A DNA stretch of 64,000 bases from an uncultured Verrucomicrobiae bacterium. Lineage in GTDB: Bacteria; Verrucomicrobiota; Verrucomicrobiia; Chthoniobacterales; JAFAMB01. Positions 39,276-48,416 of this stretch are shown in pieces. Position 1 is the first letter of the stretch; each line of letters starts with the position of its first letter. Under the pieces are notes generated by a model. It was not told the DNA's origin. It did no database searches and was given only the letters and a program-made list of their open reading frames with translations. Location of the stretch: assembly GCA_963837955.1 (NCBI GenBank), contig CAWIPH010000002.1, forward strand, positions 3,808,001 through 3,872,000, given 5' to 3'. The position numbers were made by a program, and so were the translations under genes.

Positions 39276-40469
39276 ATGAAAATTGGTCTCATTCATTACA
39301 CTTCCTGGCCCGTGGTTGGCGGGGTGGAAACGGTACTCCGTCAGCAAGCAACTCTGATGACCCGGGCCGGTCACTCCGTCAGCATAGTGTGCGGTGATGG
39401 TCGACAATTCTCTGAAGCGATTCCGACTTTGATCCTTCCCGAGCTGAATCTGAGAGAGCAGTTGGTCAACCAAGCACAGCAGGAAATAACAAAAGGGTAT
39501 CCGGGAGCCGCTTATTTTCGCGCAGTCGCAGCAGTCAAGAAGCGGCTCGGCCGGCTGTTCGCCGAGTGGGATTGCACCATAGTGCACAATTTAATGACCA
39601 TGCCCTTTCATCTGGCGGCTACCCAGGTCATTTCCGAGTTCGCGGAGGAAAGGCATCGCGTGCTGGCCTGGACGCATGATCTAGCCGCAAACAACCAGGA
39701 TTACTCTCTACCGCGAAATCGAGTGTTTGATATGATTCGCGAGAGACACCCTAGCATTGAGTATGTTGTGATTTCCGAAACTCGAGCTCGAGAATTTCGC
39801 GATCTGACCGGTACTTCCGCGGATGCAGTGGTGCCAAATGGCCTGGATCTTTCGATGGCGCTTCAATTAACCGCCGAGGTTTCTGGATTACTCACCGGGA
39901 TTGATCCGAAAGAAGCTATTTTGCTCTATCCGACCAGAATCCTGCAGCGAAAAAACATCGGCCTGGCGCTGCAAATCTTAGCCGCTTTGCTCGAGATCGA
40001 TTTCCCGGCCCATCTTTTTATCACTGGTGCGGCCAACGAGTACAACCCGGGCGCGGAAGCCCACTTCGTTGGTCTCAAGCAGCAAGCGGCCGAACTGGGC
40101 GTAACCGATCGGGTTTGCTGGGTGAATGAACAATTCTTCGTCGACGACGCGCAGCTGCGCAGTCTTTACCTCGTCAGCGATGCGTTACTCTTCCCCACCA
40201 AGCAAGAAGGCTTCGGATTACCTATATTGGAAGCAGCTGCATTCCGGCTGCCAATCTTTTGCTCAGATATTGAACCGCTGCGCTCAAATTTGCCACCCGG
40301 CTCGGTTGCGTTTGACCTGAGAACTTCTCCTCGAAATATTAGCTTAGCGATTGCGGAATCGCTAAAGAAAGACCAGGGGTTTGGTAGCCGAAAATTAATG
40401 CTGCAGCGGCACGCTGCCCAAGATCTCTACTTCGCAAAAATTGAACCATTGCTGCAAAGGAAAATATGA
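39276..40469 (+). CDS. Glycosyltransferase family 4
   Basis: GGVE, HDL, VPNG, PTRILQRKNI, EGFGLPILEA. Confidence 0.9.
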   Translation: MKIGLIHYTSWPVVGGVETVLRQQATLMTRAGHSVSIVCGDGRQFSEAIPTLILPELNLREQLVNQAQQEITKGYPGAAYFRAVAAVKKRLGRLFAEWDCTIVHNLMTMPFHLAATQVISEFAEERHRVLAWTHDLAANNQDYSLPRNRVFDMIRERHPSIEYVVISETRAREFRDLTGTSADAVVPNGLDLSMALQLTAEVSGLLTGIDPKEAILLYPTRILQRKNIGLALQILAALLEIDFPAHLFITGAANEYNPGAEAHFVGLKQQAAELGVTDRVCWVNEQFFVDDAQLRSLYLVSDALLFPTKQEGFGLPILEAAAFRLPIFCSDIEPLRSNLPPGSVAFDLRTSPRNISLAIAESLKKDQGFGSRKLMLQRHAAQDLYFAKIEPLLQRKI

Positions 40470-42670
40470 TTGCCACCCTCTCGCCGCACGACCTCCAGCT
40501 GTTGTTAAACTCGGAACATCCCAATCCTTTCGGCATGCTCGGATTGCAAGAAATCGACGGCGAGTTCGTTGTTCGGGCTTTCCGTCCGGACGCAAAATCG
40601 TTGACGGTTATTGATCGCAACGACCAAAAAAGGCGGTTTCCCGCCGAGAGGATTGCGGAAGAAGGGTTCTTCGAAGCGCCGCTCCAGGGAGTTAAATCCC
40701 GGTTCGATTACCTGCTCGAAATCGATCGTTGGACTGGCGAACGGTTCCAGATAGCGGACCCCTATTCGTTCGGGACGCTTTTGGGCGATTTGGATATGCA
40801 CCTCTTTTGCGAGGGGAATCACTATCAGATCTACCAGAAATTAGGTGCTCACCTGTCGCAAATAAACGGCCACGACGGGGTAATATTTTCGGTCTGGGCG
40901 CCTAACGCTCAACGAGTATCCGTAGTCGGCGATTTCAACGAATGGGATGGACGGGTTCATCCCATGCGAAAAAGAGCAGAGTCCGGAGTTTGGGAAATCT
41001 TTATCCCAGGGGTGACCGAAGGCGCTCACTACAAATTTGAGGTGCGCAATAACGCCGACCAGATCGTTCTGAAAAGTGACCCTTTCGCGTTTTTTAGCCA
41101 GCATGGTCTGCAGACGGCTTCGCTCGTGTTCGACCTCAATCGCTTTACCTGGAACGACGCCGGATGGATCGAATATCGCAATTCCAAGCAGTGGCAGAAA
41201 GAGCCGATCAGCATTTACGAAGTGCACCTCGGCTCTTGGGCGCGAGTGCCGGAGGAAGATAATCGATACCTTAGCTATCGTGAGCTTGGCGATCGGCTAA
41301 TTCCTTATGTCAAGGATTGCGGTTTTACGCATATCGAGTTGATGCCCGTGGCGGAACATCCGTTTGATGGCTCGTGGGGCTATCAAGTCACTGGTTATTA
41401 CGCACCGACCAGCCGCTTCGGTAACCCCGATGAATTTCGCGATTTCGTGAACCGGTGCCATCAGAACGGCATCGGCGTAATCCTCGATTGGGTGCCTGGC
41501 CATTTTCCGAAAGACGCCCACGGTCTCGCCCAATTCGATGGCACGTGTCTCTACGAACATGCCGATCCGCGCCAAGGCGAACACCAGGACTGGGGTACAC
41601 TCATCTTCAACTATGGCAGGAACGAAGTCCGAAACTTCCTGATTGGTAACGCCCTCTACTGGCTAGACGAATATCATATTGATGGACTCCGGGTGGATGC
41701 GGTTGCTTCGATGCTCTATCTCGATTATTCCCGCACCGCCGGAAACTGGGTCCCGAACGTCCAGGGAGGCCGGGAAAACCTGGAAGCGATCTACTTCCTT
41801 AAGAGATTCAACGAGGTTTGCTACGAGCGTTTTCCCGGAATCCTGACGATCGCTGAGGAGTCGACTGCTTGGCCGGGCGTTTCGCGACCGACTTTCCTGG
41901 GCGGACTCGGATTTGGCTTCAAATGGAACATGGGTTGGATGCACGACTTTCTCGCTTACATGAGCCGCGAGCCGATCCATCGGAAGCATCATCAGGGAGA
42001 TATTACCTTTTCACTTCTGTATGCGTTCCAGGAACATTTCATCCTGGTTCTCAGTCACGACGAGGTTGTCCACGGCAAGGGCTCGCTCGTCAACAAAATG
42101 CCCAGCGATCCTTGGCAGAAGTTTGCTAACCTGCGCATGTTCCTTGCCTGGATGTATGCATATCCCGGCAAAAAACTTATGTTCATGGGAGGCGAATTTG
42201 GCCAGTGGCGGGAATGGAACCATGACCAGAGCCTGGACTGGCATCTGCTAGATTATCCTTTCCATGCCGGGCTGCGACGTCTTGTTCAACATTTGAACTA
42301 CGTCTACAAAACCGAGCCAGCACTCTGGCAGATGGACGATTCCTACGAAGGTTTCGAGTGGGTCGATTTTCATGACGCCGAAAGCAGCGTGGTAGTCTTT
42401 TTGCGCAAAGGTGAGAACGCCCCGCTGTTGGTTTTCCTGGTCAACGCAACTCCTGTCCCAAGATATGGCTACCGCATCGGTGTTCCCGGAGAAGGGTGGT
42501 ATGAAGAGGTCGTCAATACCGACGCAGAGACCTACGGAGGCGGCAACATCGGAAATTATGGTGGAATGCACGCCGACGCAATTCCATGGCAGGGCCGAAG
42601 CCATTCTATCAGCGTCGTTCTACCTCCGCTGGCCGTAGTGGCATTTAAGCGGCATGAGTACGGGGGGTAA
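40466..42670 (+). CDS. glgB: 1,4-alpha-glucan branching enzyme
   Basis: VWAPNA, YEVHLGSW, SWGYQ, GLRVDAVASM, AEEST, SHDEVVHGK. Confidence 0.97.
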   Translation: MIATLSPHDLQLLLNSEHPNPFGMLGLQEIDGEFVVRAFRPDAKSLTVIDRNDQKRRFPAERIAEEGFFEAPLQGVKSRFDYLLEIDRWTGERFQIADPYSFGTLLGDLDMHLFCEGNHYQIYQKLGAHLSQINGHDGVIFSVWAPNAQRVSVVGDFNEWDGRVHPMRKRAESGVWEIFIPGVTEGAHYKFEVRNNADQIVLKSDPFAFFSQHGLQTASLVFDLNRFTWNDAGWIEYRNSKQWQKEPISIYEVHLGSWARVPEEDNRYLSYRELGDRLIPYVKDCGFTHIELMPVAEHPFDGSWGYQVTGYYAPTSRFGNPDEFRDFVNRCHQNGIGVILDWVPGHFPKDAHGLAQFDGTCLYEHADPRQGEHQDWGTLIFNYGRNEVRNFLIGNALYWLDEYHIDGLRVDAVASMLYLDYSRTAGNWVPNVQGGRENLEAIYFLKRFNEVCYERFPGILTIAEESTAWPGVSRPTFLGGLGFGFKWNMGWMHDFLAYMSREPIHRKHHQGDITFSLLYAFQEHFILVLSHDEVVHGKGSLVNKMPSDPWQKFANLRMFLAWMYAYPGKKLMFMGGEFGQWREWNHDQSLDWHLLDYPFHAGLRRLVQHLNYVYKTEPALWQMDDSYEGFEWVDFHDAESSVVVFLRKGENAPLLVFLVNATPVPRYGYRIGVPGEGWYEEVVNTDAETYGGGNIGNYGGMHADAIPWQGRSHSISVVLPPLAVVAFKRHEYGG

Positions 42671-42822
42671 GGGTTACAGGTTACAGGTTAGAAGTTGGAA
42701 GTTTGGGCGGTCGGCCTCAACTGACCTATTTGTTCTGTCTGCGCGTGGATATCGCTTCCGCAAGGGAAGAATCGCGTTTCGTTTGTACGAAATTCCGACT
42801 GGAAGTCAAAACTAGCCAGAGA

Positions 42823-43281
42823 ATGATAAAGCATTCACATTTTGCCCTGCTTGCAATGGCACTGCTGTTGTTCTCTTGCGCGCAAACCGAGCAGTCTCAC
42901 CTAACCGACCTGGCCATCGCTACCTATACCCCTCTTCCGGATGCGCTTCGGCTCGCAGAAACTCGGGCCAAACAATATTGGGCGAAACGCAAGGCAGAAC
43001 TAGGCCAAACCAGATATTTAGCGATTGAAAGCGACGTGATTCTCTCGGACGAAATTCCTGACCTCTATATGAGGCTGACCAATTCGCCAGGGGTAAATTC
43101 CTCTGACATCGAAGAATACGAAGCCAACAACGACATAACTATCTATTGTGTTAACATTTTCGACACAACGACCGGAAAATTTGTCAGTCGAAATGGGTAC
43201 GCTATCGTGGACGAGCCTCCACGCGGAAGCTTGGCTCGCTTCGGCAATTACACTGCGGTATTTATCGGCACCGGCGGTTGA
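42823..43281 (+). CDS. Hypothetical lipoprotein
   Basis: ATG at 42823; signal peptide ending in lipobox-like LLFSC. Confidence 0.65.
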   Translation: MIKHSHFALLAMALLLFSCAQTEQSHLTDLAIATYTPLPDALRLAETRAKQYWAKRKAELGQTRYLAIESDVILSDEIPDLYMRLTNSPGVNSSDIEEYEANNDITIYCVNIFDTTTGKFVSRNGYAIVDEPPRGSLARFGNYTAVFIGTGG

Positions 43282-43347
43282 TTTCTTTCAATCCGTCGAA
43301 TCGCTTTCGCTCCGGACGCTAATTCTCCAACCTCTAACTTCCGACCT

Positions 43348-44685
43348 TTAACCGCTATCGTCCGTAGTCGACCAGATACTTCCATCCGCTAAGATCGTCT
43401 TGAGCTTTTGGTTGGCCGTGACGGCGTTTACGGAATGAATCACTTTTCCGCTCTCGTCCTCAGTAATCGAATATCCGCGGCGAAGCGTTTGTTCAGGACC
43501 TAACAATCGGACCGATTCAGATAGTCGCCTGACCTGGAGCCGTTCACTCTCCAGCTGCCGACGTATCGCCGATCGCAATTTCTCCTGGCATGACGCGATC
43601 TCTTTTCTGCGACGCTGCAAAACCTCGGCGGGTTTGAACGTCATTACCAAAGAAGTAAATCGCAATAAGTGCTCACGCCGTTGTTTCAGTAGCCAGTCGC
43701 AAAGCTGCGTGATTCGAGCTTCCAACTGATCCACCCTCTGCTGCCGTTCCAAGACAAAGCGGCTCGGCTCTCGAAAAATAGCCGCACCATCGATTCGACT
43801 TACTTTAAGTCGCCTAATCTCCAGATGTTGCTTCACCAAACGTTCTAAATGAACCCTTCGAGAACTGATCTCATTGAATAACGCCTCAACTGCCGGGGCC
43901 ACTAGCTCCGCTGCGGCACTCGGCGTGGGCGCGCGGAGGTCCGCCACGAAATCAGCGATAGTAAAATCGATCTCGTGTCCGACAGCCGAGATCGTCGGAA
44001 TTCGGCAAGCGAAAATTGCCCGGGCCAGTATTTCTTCATTAAACTCCCAAAGATCTTCCAAGCTGCCTCCGCCGCGCCCCACGATGATCACTTCGAGACC
44101 TAACGCCGCTTGTTTTTCGTCCAAGTAGGTAATCGTCCCGGCGATTTCCTCTGCTGCCCCCTCTCCCTGCACACGAACCGGGCAAATGAGAAGTCGAAGC
44201 CACGGGCTGCGTCGCTGAAGAATATTCAGCATGTCCTGCACGGCAGCGCCGGTCGGAGAGGTGACGAGAGCGATCCGGCGCGGGAAATGAGGAAGAGCTT
44301 TCTTATGGGCGGGATCAAACAAACCTTCCGCTTCCAGTTTGCGTTTTAGCGCCTCGAATTTCGCCTGGAGCAACCCTTGGCCTTTGGCTTGCACCAGCTC
44401 GACGATCAGCTGGTATTGTCCTCTCGCTTCGTAAACGCTCACCCGCCCAAAGGCTTGCACCTGAACTCCATCCTGCAGAATTGTTCCAGCCTGCGCCGAA
44501 TACGCGCGGGAAAACATGACGCAGGCAAGTTGGGCTCGATCATCTTTGAGTGTGAAGTAATGATGGCCGGAAGACTGCTTTCGATAATTGGAGATTTCGC
44601 CTTCAATCCAGACGTCTCTGAGATGTCCCTCCAGCAGATCCCGCACACGCCGGTTGAACTCAGTGACAGAGAAGATCGTGGCCAT
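43348..44685 (-). CDS. xseA: Exodeoxyribonuclease VII large subunit
   Basis: GEISN, SGHHYFTLKD, GRGGGSLEDLWEFN, AVGHEID, RAPTPSAAAE, LRRGYS. Confidence 0.97.
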   Translation of the reverse strand: MATIFSVTEFNRRVRDLLEGHLRDVWIEGEISNYRKQSSGHHYFTLKDDRAQLACVMFSRAYSAQAGTILQDGVQVQAFGRVSVYEARGQYQLIVELVQAKGQGLLQAKFEALKRKLEAEGLFDPAHKKALPHFPRRIALVTSPTGAAVQDMLNILQRRSPWLRLLICPVRVQGEGAAEEIAGTITYLDEKQAALGLEVIIVGRGGGSLEDLWEFNEEILARAIFACRIPTISAVGHEIDFTIADFVADLRAPTPSAAAELVAPAVEALFNEISSRRVHLERLVKQHLEIRRLKVSRIDGAAIFREPSRFVLERQQRVDQLEARITQLCDWLLKQRREHLLRFTSLVMTFKPAEVLQRRRKEIASCQEKLRSAIRRQLESERLQVRRLSESVRLLGPEQTLRRGYSITEDESGKVIHSVNAVTANQKLKTILADGSIWSTTDDSG

Positions 44686-44738
44686 TAAGAATACAACTTA
44701 CAGGCTTTCGGATTGCCTGCGAATATCGGCAACGGACC

Positions 44739-44790
44739 GGGAGGGATCGCGTCCTCGCGATCCGCGGCGCACGAGGACGTGCGCCCTCCC
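44739..44790. repeat. Family B REP-like doublet (intact)
   Basis: GGGAG-GGATCGCG-TCCT-CGCGATCC-GC-GGCGCACG-AGGA-CGTGCGCC-CTCCC. Confidence 0.88.
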
Positions 44791-44942
44791 CTCCGGGCCA
44801 GAGAACCCGAAATGGGCGTTATCTTGATGCGCAAGGGCAGTCGCTGGCTCCCGTTCCGTTTTCGGGTTCCGCGTTTCGCGGCATAGCCGAAATCTTATCC
44901 GCCAGACGCACCATTCTCCGAGCACAAACATTGCCGCAGACA

Positions 44943-45017
44943 TGGTGCGCGATGCAGGGTTCGAACCTGCGACTTCTTGCGTGTGAAGCAAGCGCTCTAC
45001 CACTGAGCTAATCGCGC
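44943..45017 (-). tRNA. tRNA-Val(CAC)
   Basis: GCGCGATTAGCTCAGTGGTAGAGCGCTTGCTTCACACGCAAGAAGTCGCAGGTTCGAACCCTGCATCGCGCACCA. Confidence 0.96.
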
Positions 45018-45191
45018 GTTGAGGTTCGGGAATTTTAGGTTCAGCGAAAGAGATTGCAATGAATTTTCCTGAACACGCTCCTCCATCGAGCTAGGGGTGT
45101 GGATTCTGTTCTGCGCCGTGGCTTTCCGCTAGATCAACAATACATAGCGAACGGCTAGCTACATCGCAATCGGCAGCTGAGGTTACCCGCG

Positions 45192-45638
45192 TCACATCAA
45201 AACTCGGGCGTGGAATTCCAGCCAATCCTCGAGATTGTTTAGACCAATAGCGTCGCGCGGCATCGATGCTTCATCAGGCAACCCGTTTGCGCCGAGGATG
45301 GTCTTTCTGGTTTCATCCGAGTGATCAAATCCTCGGAGGGCGGCGTTGCTCGCGTCGATCGTAGCGCGATCGACTTTCACCCCCGGTTGTTGCTTGACCC
45401 ATTTCTCGAATTGCGGGTAAGTCGGGCGCTCTTCTTTAACGAATTTGCGGACCGCTTCTGCATCCAGGTTGAGCGCCCGCAAAACCATGGAATCGAATCC
45501 GGTGCCGATGTCGGGATAACCGGGACACAGTTGGCTTTTCGCTTCGAGTGAAACTTTCTGCCACAATCGTGGTAGATGCAGGACGCCCAACGGACCTGCC
45601 ACACCGGAACTAATGAGAGGAACATAAGTCTGGCTCAT
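45192..45638 (-). CDS. DUF5069-like protein
   Basis: GPLGVLHLPRLWQK, YP..G.GFD.MVL..L.LD motif. Confidence 0.7.
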   Translation of the reverse strand: MSQTYVPLISSGVAGPLGVLHLPRLWQKVSLEAKSQLCPGYPDIGTGFDSMVLRALNLDAEAVRKFVKEERPTYPQFEKWVKQQPGVKVDRATIDASNAALRGFDHSDETRKTILGANGLPDEASMPRDAIGLNNLEDWLEFHARVLM

Positions 45639-45722
45639 GCGCTACGTTAGGGCCCGGGGCCAACCGTTTCAAACGGTGTTCCCCTATTTGCTATCTGCTA
45701 TTTGCTATCTGTCGAGCTGTCA

Positions 45723-46373
45723 TCACGACTCGGCGTCAGCCGAATCGTGCCGGCTGATCCATCGAACGAGAAAGTCTGCCAGGGATAGCTTCGAGTCACA
45801 GGTCGCGATCAGCCCGGCAGCTGTGCAAATCCCAAAGCCAGGCCCAAACGCGCGTCCATTTACGACACAAGCGTCCGTATGGTTCTGTTGAATCTGGTGC
45901 ACCGCCTCCGACAGGAGTTCATTCCGCGTAACGGCATGCTCGTATTTCCAACCTACGATGCGCGCCTTAGGGAAGTATCTTCTGAGGTTGGCAATTAGCT
46001 TGGGTTGCGGAACCAATTCGAGCCAGACAGAACCTGCATCGCTGGCAATCTTTGATACGAGTTGTCTCGTTCGGTTTATCTCAATCCGTTCCACTCGAAA
46101 ATCAGTTAGGGCGGCAGCATGAAACACGGCGTCCACGGTCCCCGCATGTCCGACTTGCCCTAGTAACCGCTCCAGTTCTTCGTTCGTCGCAAACGGCTGA
46201 GCTCCGTTCCATTGAAAGGTGGCACCCTGCCCCAGAAAGAGTTTGACCACGTGGCCGGCGCCAGACATCCGCTCCGCTAGCACAGCTCCAAGTTCTCCAG
46301 TCGATCGATTTGTAATCACCCGAACCTCATCGATCGGCTGACTACTCGGTCCGGCGGTGATCAGCACGCGCAT
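45723..46373 (-). CDS. coaB: Phosphopantothenate-cysteine ligase (stand-alone CoaB domain)
   Basis: LITAGP..PIDEVRVITNRSTGELG, HAAALTDF, IVGWKYE. Confidence 0.82.
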   Translation of the reverse strand: MRVLITAGPSSQPIDEVRVITNRSTGELGAVLAERMSGAGHVVKLFLGQGATFQWNGAQPFATNEELERLLGQVGHAGTVDAVFHAAALTDFRVERIEINRTRQLVSKIASDAGSVWLELVPQPKLIANLRRYFPKARIVGWKYEHAVTRNELLSEAVHQIQQNHTDACVVNGRAFGPGFGICTAAGLIATCDSKLSLADFLVRWISRHDSADAES

Positions 46374-46493
46374 AAGACAAAAACCTAATCTTGAGAACCG
46401 CTTCTCACAACAGGCTCGAATCTCTTAAGAAATCCTCGACCGCGGGGCTCTCCGATGCTTTGAATCTAGCCGGGAACCTGTAGAGTAAAGCAA

Positions 46494-47672
46494 ATGACAG
46501 CAATGACACTGAAGGCCGTCTCGCAGCTACTCCCCGGGACTTATTCCGAGCCGGATATCATCGCAGTCGCGCAGAAGCTAAGGGCAGAGCTGGGAGCAAA
46601 TGCCGCCCTCGGATTTGTTTTCGTGACGCCGGAATGGAGAGGCCATCTGGAAGACACCTTGGAATTAATCCGTTTGCACGCACGTGTGCCCAGGTTGGTT
46701 GGCTGTTCGGGGTCCGGTGTCATCGGCACCAAGACCGAATTGGAACATCGTCCAGGTATCAGCATTCTATTGCTGTCGATTCCGGACACCAGTTTTCAGA
46801 TCTTTACCATTTCTGAAAGCGATCTCGAAGGAGGCTCGGAAATCGGATTTTGGCAGGAATTGACTGGCCTGAAGCCCAGTGATGTTAATGGCTGGATCGT
46901 GATAGCGAATCCAGCGTTTCGAGAAATTGAAAAATGGTTGGACAGTTGGAACAGCGCATTTCCAGGCAAGCCGATTATTGGCGGACTCTCCAGCGCGAGC
47001 GAGGCCGAAGATTTTCTTTTCCGGGACGGCGAGGTCGTTAACGCTCCCATCATTGCTGTCTCCTTAAGTTCTCCCATCACGATGCAAGTGTTGATGAGCC
47101 AGGGATGCCGCCCCATCGGGGATCCTTCGCCGATCACCAAAGCAGAAGACAACTTCATTCTCGAAATCGGAAACGTTCCGGCCTACCAAACCCTGGAAAC
47201 CGCGTTCCTCACCGTTCCCGCGGAAGAGCGAAATGCAGTCCGCAACAATCTCTTCCTGGGCTTGGCCGCGTCGGAATATGTCGATGAATTCAAACGGGGC
47301 GACTTTTTGATCCGGAACATCCTGGGGGCCGATCCGCAGATCGGTGCATTGGCGGTGGGCGCCTATCCAAGAATCGGTCAGACCGTCCAATTCCAAATCA
47401 GAGATTCCAAATCGGCCCATCAAGACCTGCTCGAAGGCGCGAAAAACATCGCGAGCCGTGGAGCCCGGCCATGGGCCAATCTACTGTTTTCCTGCGCAGG
47501 CCGGGGACAGGGATTATTTGGGGTCTCAAGTCATGATGCGATCACGCTCGCTGAAACTTTGGGTGCTTCGCCGCTCGCCGGATTCTTCTGTAACGGCGAA
47601 ATTGGTCCGATCGGCACTCGGAGTTTCCTGCACGGCTATTCCGCCGCCGCCGCAGTGCTGACAATGGAGTAA
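46494..47672 (+). CDS. FIST N/C domain protein (NosP-like)
   Basis: GCSGSGVIG, IGGL, SQGCRPIG, FLIRN, FSCAGRG, GFFCNGEIGP, LHGY. Confidence 0.9.
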   Translation: MTAMTLKAVSQLLPGTYSEPDIIAVAQKLRAELGANAALGFVFVTPEWRGHLEDTLELIRLHARVPRLVGCSGSGVIGTKTELEHRPGISILLLSIPDTSFQIFTISESDLEGGSEIGFWQELTGLKPSDVNGWIVIANPAFREIEKWLDSWNSAFPGKPIIGGLSSASEAEDFLFRDGEVVNAPIIAVSLSSPITMQVLMSQGCRPIGDPSPITKAEDNFILEIGNVPAYQTLETAFLTVPAEERNAVRNNLFLGLAASEYVDEFKRGDFLIRNILGADPQIGALAVGAYPRIGQTVQFQIRDSKSAHQDLLEGAKNIASRGARPWANLLFSCAGRGQGLFGVSSHDAITLAETLGASPLAGFFCNGEIGPIGTRSFLHGYSAAAAVLTME

Positions 47673-47675
47673 AGG

Positions 47676-48263
47676 GTGGGATCTGAGCTGGAGTCACGCA
47701 CGCAGCTGATCTTGCGGGCCTTCAGGTATGCCGCGGTTAAGCACCGGTACCAAACTCTTTCCGATGGGCAGACTCCTTATTTTTCGCACGTCGTTCGCGT
47801 AACCTTCATTCTCCGAGATCTTTTCGCTATCGACGATCAAGAGATCATCATCGCATCGATTCTCCATGATGTGGTGGAAGACACTGGAACTTCACTCGAA
47901 GAAATCGGTCAGCTCTTTGGCAGGACGATTGCTTACTACGTTGAAGCGCTGACCAAGAATGAGGTTCTGCCGAAGAAGAGGCGGGAACGAGACTACGACG
48001 AAAGGCTGCTTAATGCACCAGAGATCGTGCAGATCGCAAAACTTGCAGACATGTATGACAACCTTTCTGCTCGAGTTGGAACGCCAAAACTACCGAACAC
48101 GTTGGAAAATGCACGGCGGATCACTGCAGGTTTTGAGAAAACGATTTGCACTCGAAGAGGCAAGGACGCATTGCGTCATGTGCGACGGCTCATCGCAGAA
48201 GTTGAAAAAATCGGACCCGTCACGGAAACGAACATCGCAAAAGGCGGCGCTCCGCAGCTTTAG
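47676..48263 (+). CDS. HD-domain small alarmone hydrolase-like protein (SpoT-HD/Mesh1 family)
   Basis: H..Q....PYFSH, LHDVVEDT, FG, V.ALT, KLAD..DN. Confidence 0.85.
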   Translation: MGSELESRTQLILRAFRYAAVKHRYQTLSDGQTPYFSHVVRVTFILRDLFAIDDQEIIIASILHDVVEDTGTSLEEIGQLFGRTIAYYVEALTKNEVLPKKRRERDYDERLLNAPEIVQIAKLADMYDNLSARVGTPKLPNTLENARRITAGFEKTICTRRGKDALRHVRRLIAEVEKIGPVTETNIAKGGAPQL

Positions 48264-48416
48264 GGTCTTTGAGCGTGATGAGGAAGGCAAAGCAAAATTT
48301 GACCGATCTGTCGGTTTACAGATCGCCCTTTTCGCTGTAGCGTCTTGGTCACCGTTGGCTCCAATGAAACTAGCATTCACTGATCCTCTCCAGATCTTGG
48401 CCAACCAGACCTTGTT

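Noticed and set aside
39096..45017. tRNA-anchored genomic island
   Set aside because: No integrase, no duplicated tRNA 3' end, and the contents are housekeeping genes (glgB, xseA).
47676..48263. toxSAS toxin-antitoxin system
   Set aside because: No alarmone synthetase-like ORF is adjacent to the hydrolase.
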